From: a virus
Direction: 5' to 3' (one strand)
Length of the DNA stretch: 64,000 bases
IMG/VR virus record: IMGVR_UViG_3300021963_000063
Location: 1-64,000 of that record
The notes below the pieces were generated by a model. That model did no database searches. It was not told the origin of the DNA and saw nothing but the letters and a program-made list of their open reading frames with translations. The position numbers and the translations under genes were made by a program. Positions 56,159 through 64,000 of this stretch are shown here, in pieces. Position 1 is the stretch's first letter; each line of letters begins with the position of its first letter.

Positions 56159-57096
56159 TATTCATTAAATCCTAAAACTAAGTAATACTCAATTGTAATA
56201 GGTTCTCCTGCTGATTTTTGGATAGGTGTTGCAAGTGCTGTTCTAGAAATTAATCCGTAGTTTACATCTACGTTATCTGTATCATCAAATTTAATTCCAT
56301 CAAGAACTAATCCAGTTGATGTCATTGTAATTGATATTTTATTTATGTTTGCCCATGAAGGTGCTCCAGTTGCTAGAATTTCATCTTTTGCACAGTTTAA
56401 TATCTGATACCCTCCAGAGGATATTGTAAAAGTTTTTGAGTAAAAGTTTGTATCATTTGTTTCAAACTTAATTAATAAAGTTCCACTTGTACCTGTTGGG
56501 TCAACTGCTAGTTTAAGTAAATCTTTATCACTAAAATCTGTAAAGTTTTTAGAAAATACGGTACTAAAGACTGTTGATCCAGCATCTATGTATACTGCTT
56601 CGTTTCCAATTCTGTATGTGCCATTGGCAATGTTTTCTGAAATCATTCTTGATCCAGTTGTTTTTGATGATAGTTCTTCTACTCCCTCCGTCCAGCCATC
56701 ATCGCTTTCTCCATTAAATAAAAGTAAATCTGAAAATTGAATAATCTGATTTTGGATAGCTTCTGGATAAAGACCAACCTCATAGATTGTGTATTTTAAC
56801 GGATCATTAATTGTTGTTTTAAAAATTAAAGCATCAACATTATCTGTTCTATTTAATGTTGCAAGCTGTACTGGGGATTGACCAATTGAGAACCCCATTG
56901 TATTTAGGTCAATTAACTTATTGGCATTTAGTGCTGGATTTGCTTGACTGTCAACTCCAATAGCAATAGATCCTCCCACTGAAGGAATAAGACCTAGCAA
57001 ACTTTTAAGGATAAGGGATCTTCCAACTACTGTCAAAGCATTATCTTGTTCACATACAAGAGTGTCTCCCTTATAAATTCTATAAAAACCTCTCAT
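56158..57096 (-). CDS. minor tail protein
   Basis: NALTVVG...IAIG...EVGL...K.....I.Y pattern. Confidence 0.65.
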   Translation of the reverse strand: MRGFYRIYKGDTLVCEQDNALTVVGRSLILKSLLGLIPSVGGSIAIGVDSQANPALNANKLIDLNTMGFSIGQSPVQLATLNRTDNVDALIFKTTINDPLKYTIYEVGLYPEAIQNQIIQFSDLLLFNGESDDGWTEGVEELSSKTTGSRMISENIANGTYRIGNEAVYIDAGSTVFSTVFSKNFTDFSDKDLLKLAVDPTGTSGTLLIKFETNDTNFYSKTFTISSGGYQILNCAKDEILATGAPSWANINKISITMTSTGLVLDGIKFDDTDNVDVNYGLISRTALATPIQKSAGEPITIEYYLVLGFNE

Positions 57097-57118
57097 AATA
57101 TACTATTTTACCACCTTA

Positions 57119-57655
57119 TTAGGATACATGTTCTGTCCTAACTTCAGCTTCTATTTCACCTATGGTATTGCCAATAGATACCCTCATATCGTACACAGGA
57201 TTACCCTCAGCATCATATTTTATAATTGTTGGGTAAAAGGTTCCCGAAGCTGTATCTATCTTACCAAAATAGTTAATCAGGGAAGACTTATTACTTTTAC
57301 CAAACTTTACCAATGATTCTATAGACCTTACAATTGTATTTATTTTTTCAAGGTACTGGTTTTTAGTTATACTAACCTGTGCAGTTGCTGCTGCAAATGC
57401 CTGTGGTATAGTTCTATCATTTAGCCTAGTAATACTATCATTCGCTGGAATAATTGATTCTGGAATAGAGTTTACAGTACTAGCAGTAAATGTATTTAAT
57501 AACCCTTCACCGCTTTTTATAAGAGACATTTGAAATTGATTAATAACTTCTTTGTATTTTTCATCAACATTTGGATCATTAAAAACCTTGCTTGATCCTG
57601 CAGGAGTTATTTTCTTTGAAGCTTTAGCTCTTGATGTAAAGTATTTAGATGCCAT
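57119..57655 (-). CDS. hypothetical tail-region protein
   Basis: TAATG-coupled start MASKYF. Confidence 0.6.
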   Translation of the reverse strand: MASKYFTSRAKASKKITPAGSSKVFNDPNVDEKYKEVINQFQMSLIKSGEGLLNTFTASTVNSIPESIIPANDSITRLNDRTIPQAFAAATAQVSITKNQYLEKINTIVRSIESLVKFGKSNKSSLINYFGKIDTASGTFYPTIIKYDAEGNPVYDMRVSIGNTIGEIEAEVRTEHVS

Positions 57656-60600
57656 TATGGACACTCCCTAATAACTATAGAAGTTGTTGGACCAGCTTCG
57701 TTTACTTCCCTGTTAATTTCAGCAACAACATATGTCTTGTTTCCAATATCATCTACTGAGTAACCTGCGTCTGAGTAAAATACTCCTACCTTGTCACCTA
57801 GTTCTAGTAGGGGATTACAAAAGGCTGAAATATTTAATTCTTTTCTTTCTTGAGATGCATTCTTAACAATCCATTGCATCATTTTTTCTGCCTGTCTTTC
57901 TGTTGCAATATACTCAGATGCAATACCTACAGAAACATCACCATACATTTGTTTGTTTTGATATAACCTATTTTGTAAGATATCGTATTCGTTATTATCT
58001 TCAAGATCTTCAATATATTTCTTTAGACTTATTTCTCCGTCTGCAATATAATCTAATTTAATGCCACTAATAAATAGTGGTGTCAGAGAATCTTCTCCAA
58101 GAGTTATTGTAGAGTTTGATGTATTGTATACCCAGAACTTAGCACCAAAGGCATTTGGATAATAGTTTTTAACAAGGTAGTCTGAACTTACTGATGAAAA
58201 ATCTATCATAGATGAAGTAAATGTTGGTGAATCAAACTTAACATCAAACTTTTTAATTTCTCTAGCCATCGTAGCAAAGTCTTCAAAGTAAACTTTTTTA
58301 TTATTCTGTGATCCTATAGCAGCCATCTTTACTGCTTTACCCACACTCATCTGACGATATCCCAGTGAGTCTTCAAAAGATGATGTAATTTTATTTTCTG
58401 CATCAGAATAAGCATAGATGTGGTCATATATTGCTTGGCTATCATCTCTAACAAACATTCCAATTCTATTTGTTCTTGGCAATCTTGATGCGTTTTTATC
58501 AATGATTTTAAATAATCTTTCACCTTGCCAATATACACTAAACTCTAAATCAAACTTAGAACCCTTTTTATTTACTACTTTACACTTTAAATCTAATTCA
58601 AAAATTGTGGCAGTAACTCCATCCTTTAAGGACTTTGAATTTTCAGATATACTTCCAATAAAATTGGTTGTACTTATATTAGCTCTAGCGGTTCCTAAAA
58701 CAAAACATTCAGTTGTATTAGATGTGGTTGTCATTCTATAAAGCCTTATATTTCCAGTTGCCTCTCCGTCTCTTGATGGAGCAACTTCAAGAAAATATCC
58801 ACTCATATATTTGCCATCGCCAACTATTCCAGAGTCTGTTAAATGCATTGCTATTCCTGCAATGTGAGAAGAGGTATCCTTTTTAGGATCACCGTCAGTC
58901 ATTACAAGTCTCATTCTTGTTCCAACTGCTTCTGGGATAGCCTCTAGATTATTTGAATATCCATGAATGAATCTTTGACCATAGTCATCTATTTGTAAGT
59001 TCTTTACTGCTGCACCTGGTTTTTGATTTTCTTTCTTTAAACTTGATGGTCCTGAAAGTCTAGCATATCCTGATTGATTTCCATTAAGTGTGTAAGATAA
59101 GGAAGCTTCTCTATTTCCTAATCCATCTAATTTTTTATCAGCAATAATTGTTGACATATGTTTCCAGTCATCGTTAAAGTCTGATGAAGACCTTGCAACA
59201 TGTTTTTGAGCACTAGTGCCATTTTGAGCTCTTCCATCGCTTTGAATAGTATATCTAAAACTACTATCTGAAAGAGTTGGCTTTCCAACAAACTTAAAGT
59301 TCATATAAACAATTAAGGCTTTTGGCAATACTTTTGATCCACTAGGGATAGTTCCTCTAAGGGATTCAAGTTCATCTTGATTAAAAATAAATCTAGAATA
59401 TGATTTTGCAGGCTCTGTAACACTAACCAGGATTCCATTATATTTAATAACTTCATTATTAATATAAACATATCCTTCATATTTATTTGACTGTAAAAAT
59501 AGATATGCTGAGTCGTTATCAATGTTAATTAAAAGATCGTCATCTGTATATCCAGGATTTTGATATATGGTACCAAAAGCTTTTCTTATGGCATCTTCTT
59601 CATTTATGGCAGGTATTGTTTTTCCAGATAGTGCTTTTAATGGTCTACCGTCTTTTGACATACTTTTTTCTAAGATTGCTGAAATTAAAACTGATTGAGA
59701 ACTATCTGATTGAGTTGCTTCCCAAAGTATTCCTGGTACATAGGAAAGCTCTGTTAAAACTGTAGTTGGGCTGGTAGATGCCCTATCAATAAGTTCTTGT
59801 CTTTTTACTGGATCAAATTCTTCTGCAAGTGCTGTTGGCTCCTTTTTAATATTAATAATTTTGTACTGAATAGTACCATCAGTAACTGGAGGAATAGATG
59901 TTTCACTAATTGATTCAATGTTAGAAAACTTACCATCAATATAAGAATATTCAGCATCACTAGAAACTGGTTGATTTCCAATAAACCAGTAATTCTTTCC
60001 TCGTATTTCTGCAGAGTTTATATCAAATGCAGTTCTAGAAGATATTCTATCTTTTGTCATAACCACAAAGTTATTATCTGCATCCATGAACATTGATAGT
60101 TGTACCGAAGTTGCAATATCATTAAGTGCTTCTGCAACTGTAAAATCATTTGAGGAATAAAAGAAATTCATTTCTGGATCAATACCATCTTTTGTTTCAA
60201 AAGAAAACTTATTATATCCAATGTTATCTAGCAACATTCTAATAGCTAGAGATGACTTTAGTGGATTCTTATATCCAATAAGTAAGTTTGGTGCCTGAGT
60301 CTCTCTAAAGAATTTAATATAGTCTTCTAGGTTAACTGATGTAGTAAATTCTGAAGCCTGGGACCATTGGGTTGAATACATAGTTTTAATTGGAACAGCA
60401 TATTCATTTAAATCATTTATAAGTATTTGATAAAATACAAACTTAACATTTGCCCTTAGCATTGTCTCTAATTCATAATTTGCCACACTAGAATCTTTTA
60501 CATATGTAAAAATAGAATCTGGATTCATCTTATCAAATATTCTAGTTTCATTTGATAAGACCATGCTTCCATTAGAGCTTACAAGTGATCCTAAAGGTAA

Positions 60601-61545
60601 TCCATACTGACTATCTCCAATGCTTGAACTTATTGAAAAAGACATAACATGGTTTGTCATATTTACAACTAACCTTGGTGAAATTTCAATAAGTTCTAGT
60701 GGGATATACTGTCTTGACATTCCATAAACAAGAATCCTTACACCCTTCATTGTTACAGCCTGTGTTGTATTTTCAGAAAACTGATCTAAATAAGACTGAG
60801 AACTTGATGAGCTTACAAAATACCAACTTGTTCCATTATAAGATATCTCAATTTTTCCATTAATTCCAGCAGTGGTTGCAGATGAGGATCTATCAATTGC
60901 TGTTACCCAGTTATTACTTGTATTTAGATATTGAATCTTAAATTTATTTGGATATCCTTTATCTTTTTGAGTTTTAATTGTTATCTTGTTAGCTTTAAAG
61001 CTATTTGAGTAAACAACAAAAGGATTAGCATTTGATATGTTTAAAGAAGAGTTAGATAAGCCAACATTGGCATTATCTAAACTTCTATAAGAATTCCAAT
61101 ACTTAAAGGATGAGTCTGCAGATACTGGGTATAGCCTAGTTTCTGAATTAGAAAAATTTGCCTGTTTAGTATAATTGCTATTAGATATAATTCTTCCAGG
61201 TGTGCTGTCTTTATATCCATTAATTGCTACTCCGTGAATAAGACCAGCATCTGGTCTATTTGGTTTAAAGCATTCTCTTAATGGGCTTACCTTTAATCTA
61301 TCATCATTATCAGTATAGATGTTACCTATGTCATCCGAACCAAATGCATTTTTATCATTTCCATTATCCCATCCACTTGCCGTGTAAGTTTGTGGAACAG
61401 CTGAGGGTGCACCAGTGTAGCATCCAAGCTTTGCAATCTCATAGTATGAATTCATATTGAACTCAGCAACTACAACATGAGATGATTTAAGAGATGCCTC
61501 TGTATCAAATAATAAATCTACAGAACTATTTCCTGTGGTTTTCAC
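57655..61545 (-). CDS. large minor tail protein (tail tip/hub)
   Basis: GTG start (GGAGG SD, TAGTG overlap); C-terminal NPLLELGD hub motif. Confidence 0.75.
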   Translation of the reverse strand: MKTTGNSSVDLLFDTEASLKSSHVVVAEFNMNSYYEIAKLGCYTGAPSAVPQTYTASGWDNGNDKNAFGSDDIGNIYTDNDDRLKVSPLRECFKPNRPDAGLIHGVAINGYKDSTPGRIISNSNYTKQANFSNSETRLYPVSADSSFKYWNSYRSLDNANVGLSNSSLNISNANPFVVYSNSFKANKITIKTQKDKGYPNKFKIQYLNTSNNWVTAIDRSSSATTAGINGKIEISYNGTSWYFVSSSSSQSYLDQFSENTTQAVTMKGVRILVYGMSRQYIPLELIEISPRLVVNMTNHVMSFSISSSIGDSQYGLPLGSLVSSNGSMVLSNETRIFDKMNPDSIFTYVKDSSVANYELETMLRANVKFVFYQILINDLNEYAVPIKTMYSTQWSQASEFTTSVNLEDYIKFFRETQAPNLLIGYKNPLKSSLAIRMLLDNIGYNKFSFETKDGIDPEMNFFYSSNDFTVAEALNDIATSVQLSMFMDADNNFVVMTKDRISSRTAFDINSAEIRGKNYWFIGNQPVSSDAEYSYIDGKFSNIESISETSIPPVTDGTIQYKIINIKKEPTALAEEFDPVKRQELIDRASTSPTTVLTELSYVPGILWEATQSDSSQSVLISAILEKSMSKDGRPLKALSGKTIPAINEEDAIRKAFGTIYQNPGYTDDDLLINIDNDSAYLFLQSNKYEGYVYINNEVIKYNGILVSVTEPAKSYSRFIFNQDELESLRGTIPSGSKVLPKALIVYMNFKFVGKPTLSDSSFRYTIQSDGRAQNGTSAQKHVARSSSDFNDDWKHMSTIIADKKLDGLGNREASLSYTLNGNQSGYARLSGPSSLKKENQKPGAAVKNLQIDDYGQRFIHGYSNNLEAIPEAVGTRMRLVMTDGDPKKDTSSHIAGIAMHLTDSGIVGDGKYMSGYFLEVAPSRDGEATGNIRLYRMTTTSNTTECFVLGTARANISTTNFIGSISENSKSLKDGVTATIFELDLKCKVVNKKGSKFDLEFSVYWQGERLFKIIDKNASRLPRTNRIGMFVRDDSQAIYDHIYAYSDAENKITSSFEDSLGYRQMSVGKAVKMAAIGSQNNKKVYFEDFATMAREIKKFDVKFDSPTFTSSMIDFSSVSSDYLVKNYYPNAFGAKFWVYNTSNSTITLGEDSLTPLFISGIKLDYIADGEISLKKYIEDLEDNNEYDILQNRLYQNKQMYGDVSVGIASEYIATERQAEKMMQWIVKNASQERKELNISAFCNPLLELGDKVGVFYSDAGYSVDDIGNKTYVVAEINREVNEAGPTTSIVIRECP

Positions 61546-62066
61546 TAGACCTCCACCAAAGAAATATTTACATTCCAAAGATCGTTGTAGTGCCCTCTTC
61601 TAGACACGGAATAATCAAAAGACTGGAAAAATACATGATACATTTCTGCGGAAACATCTACATTGTCTGATGCATCTGTATCATATACAAGCAACATCCA
61701 GAAATCTCCAGTATTTGTTTCATGCCAATTTTTAATGTCCAGACCTGCACCAAATGTGTCTGAGGTTAGTGATTCTGAACCATTTAATTTTCTTGATGGA
61801 ATATCCGACCAAGATGTGGAGAATGTTTTCTTATCTGCAACATGGTATGAACGCATGGTGCCATCAATCATTCTTCTTTTATATTCAATTCTTTCTGGGT
61901 TAATTTGCAAAGGAGCTCTATTGTCATCTGTTAAATATAAAGTAGTTCCACCTTTGAAGTCCCACTTATTTGCATTTATGCCAATGCCTTCTTCTGGCTC
62001 TACAGTAGAAAAAACAATTAGAGAGGGTCTTCTCCAAACTTTATTTAATGAACTATATGTTGCCAT
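61545..62066 (-). CDS. distal tail (Dit)-like minor tail protein
   Basis: Directly after the tape measure; RRMIDGTMR motif. Confidence 0.65.
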   Translation of the reverse strand: MATYSSLNKVWRRPSLIVFSTVEPEEGIGINANKWDFKGGTTLYLTDDNRAPLQINPERIEYKRRMIDGTMRSYHVADKKTFSTSWSDIPSRKLNGSESLTSDTFGAGLDIKNWHETNTGDFWMLLVYDTDASDNVDVSAEMYHVFFQSFDYSVSRRGHYNDLWNVNISLVEV

Positions 62067-64000
62067 TACCCTATGCTCCTGCTAAACTTTCTTCTATTCA
62101 TTTCTGAATTAATTAATTGAGCTGCTCTATCTGCTGCCTGTTTAGGATCATTAACACCATTTACAGTAACATTAATCTGTGGTGAACTTGATACCATGCT
62201 ACCATTCATTATACCACCACTAGCCATTGCTGGAACATTATATTTAATTGGAACAACTTTACCACCTGAACCATAAGGCATCACGATTTCAGGACCATTT
62301 TCACCAACCATGTAAGGTTTATTCATTGTCATTGATCCACCGAACCTGCGACCAACTAAGGATGCAACTCCATCCTTAATAACCTTATTGTATGTAGCTT
62401 CAGTAGTTCCCATTGCTGTTGCGATTTGAGCAACAGATGCTTCAAGTTGTGTATCTGATTGTGAGATTTCTTGTGTTCCAGTTGGACCATTGTAGTTTCC
62501 GCTAATGGCAGCCAGAGGGTTCATTCTTCTTCCACCCTTAAAAACTTCAAAGTGAAGGTGTGGTCCCGTTGAGTTTCCTGAATTTCCAGAAAGGGCAACA
62601 ACTTCTCCTTGAGATACATTTCCAGTTTTTAATACTTTTCCAAGGTGGGCATATTTTGTTTTCCATCCATTTCCAGTAATTGTTAATAATCTTCCGTAGC
62701 TGGCTAAACCGTCACCATAATTTCTTCCAGCCATTGGGTTTGATGCTGAGTTTATTCCATTTGGATCCATTTTAATAGTTTGAGATTCAACATTTCCACT
62801 GTGTGCTGCAACAACAGATGCTCCTGTTGGACCGCTAAAGTCTGTTCCAAGGTGTCCGTTGTCTCCGTAAGGATATCCCTTGTTTGCTCCATAACTAATT
62901 GGTTTTACAATTCCACCATCAGCAAACTTTTGCTCGTTAATAGCATCCATCATGCCTACGCCATACTCATCTACTGCAGATGCTTGCACAACATATTCTC
63001 CATTAGATAAGCGAGCAGGGATTAAATCAGCCTTTGGTCCACCTGCACCTGAAATGTATCCCCCCGATGCGTAGCCTCCCTTTGATTCTCCACCAGATGT
63101 AGGACCATTTGATCCTGATCCAGAGTTTCCTGCAGTTGTTCCTGTTGTAGTATAGGCAGAAGATCCTTCACCACCATTTGAGTTTTGAACTCCATAGGTC
63201 TGCTTCATGTATGCCTGACCAGCTGCTATTGCTTCTTCAATAGTTTTACCCTTTGCTAATTCAGCAATTGCAATTTGAACGGCTACAACTTTTCCAGCTT
63301 CTGTTGCTGCTTTGCTATACCCACCCATCATTGAGTCAAATGCTCCACCAGACATTGTGCTTAATGAGCTCCAAGCACCTTGCTGATCCTGTAAAGATTT
63401 CATTTCTACAGCATTTGCTGCTACAAGAGCATCTCTTTGGGCTTGAATTGCTTCCAGTCTATTTTGATGACGCTCATCTTCTGTTGCAGCTAGTTCTTGT
63501 TCTTTCTTTATTTCTTCTTGTTTTGCATCTACTGCTGCTTGTCTTCTATCATCAATAGCTTTTATTTCAGATTCAAAACCAAATTGTTGTGCTGCTCCAG
63601 CCATGTTTTCTTGTGCCTGAACAAATCCAAATACGTCTCCACTTGCAAGTGACTTTAAGCCACCAACTGCGGTATCTCTTTGTTGATTTGCAAAATCATC
63701 TGCTCTTTGTTCATCCTGAAGTGCCTTAATATAAGCATCAGCACTCTTATTAATTTCTTCAATTTCATCTTGCTTTTGCTTAATAAATTTTTCATGTGCT
63801 TTTTGAGCATTTTCATATCTTTTATTTTCAGCTTCTGTTGCATTTTCATTAGCAATTATCTCTTGATCAAATTTTGCTTGTTGTGCTGTTATTTGCTTAT
63901 CAAGATCTTTAAGGGCAGCTTCAGCTGCTTCTTTATTTTGAATATCAATATTTATTTTAACATCTCTATTTCTTTCGACCTCATCAAGAATTGAATTGAC
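62066..64000 (-). CDS. tape measure protein C-terminal part with an M23 peptidase domain (5'-truncated)
   Basis: Frame open to the window end; coiled coil; YASGG..GPKADLIPARLSNGEYV; HLGTD, YAHL, GPHLHFE; VGENGPE. Confidence 0.9.
   Translation of the reverse strand, partial: VNSILDEVERNRDVKINIDIQNKEAAEAALKDLDKQITAQQAKFDQEIIANENATEAENKRYENAQKAHEKFIKQKQDEIEEINKSADAYIKALQDEQRADDFANQQRDTAVGGLKSLASGDVFGFVQAQENMAGAAQQFGFESEIKAIDDRRQAAVDAKQEEIKKEQELAATEDERHQNRLEAIQAQRDALVAANAVEMKSLQDQQGAWSSLSTMSGGAFDSMMGGYSKAATEAGKVVAVQIAIAELAKGKTIEEAIAAGQAYMKQTYGVQNSNGGEGSSAYTTTGTTAGNSGSGSNGPTSGGESKGGYASGGYISGAGGPKADLIPARLSNGEYVVQASAVDEYGVGMMDAINEQKFADGGIVKPISYGANKGYPYGDNGHLGTDFSGPTGASVVAAHSGNVESQTIKMDPNGINSASNPMAGRNYGDGLASYGRLLTITGNGWKTKYAHLGKVLKTGNVSQGEVVALSGNSGNSTGPHLHFEVFKGGRRMNPLAAISGNYNGPTGTQEISQSDTQLEASVAQIATAMGTTEATYNKVIKDGVASLVGRRFGGSMTMNKPYMVGENGPEIVMPYGSGGKVVPIKYNVPAMASGGIMNGSMVSSSPQINVTVNGVNDPKQAADRAAQLINSEMNRRKFSRSIG

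Noticed and set aside
4407-63994. Numerous + strand and alternate-frame ORFs inside long - strand genes (e.g. 5196-5606, 20427-20666, 53983-54255, 61663-62085)
   Set aside because: They are antisense or frame shadows of well-supported genes, with no motifs or RBS.
1-64000. Stop-codon reassignment, and introns or inteins in DnaE, TerL or DnaB
   Set aside because: Genes are full length in the standard code, no suppressor tRNA was seen, and the conserved proteins have normal uninterrupted lengths.

Overview
This is a 64-kb segment of a large, AT-rich tailed dsDNA phage (long tape measure, DnaE replisome) that most likely infects Actinobacteria. Evidence for the host: a WhiB gene, a small actinobacterial CxxC/CxxH protein, and many leaderless sigmaA-type promoters. 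Gene content resembles large Streptomyces BE/BK-like and freshwater actinophages (inference). Layout: (1) 1-4.3 kb, + strand: small early-type genes and a ~1 kb repeat-rich non-coding block that may be an origin or regulatory hub. Everything from 4.4 kb onward is on the - strand. (2) A secreted lectin/Cys-Trp-repeat surface protein, a GMP reductase/IMPDH-epimerase-methyltransferase-glycosyltransferase module and WhiB. (3) Tail fibre/collar genes. (4) An RNA-rich region with 5 tRNAs, a compact tmRNA missed by the ORF track, an unknown ~98-nt structured RNA and two covarying H-type pseudoknots. (5) Wall hydrolases and the terminase. (6) Recombination and replication genes (RuvC, Cas4, RecA, MazG, DnaE, SSB, primase, DnaB). 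(7) Minor tail genes and the 3' end of the tape measure. The strongest candidate for an undescribed system is a repeated 'leaderless mRNA - stop - pseudoknot - tRNA/tmRNA' architecture. It suggests RNase P creates the mRNA 3' end and a dedicated pseudoknot protects it. All calls were made by eye, without database searches.
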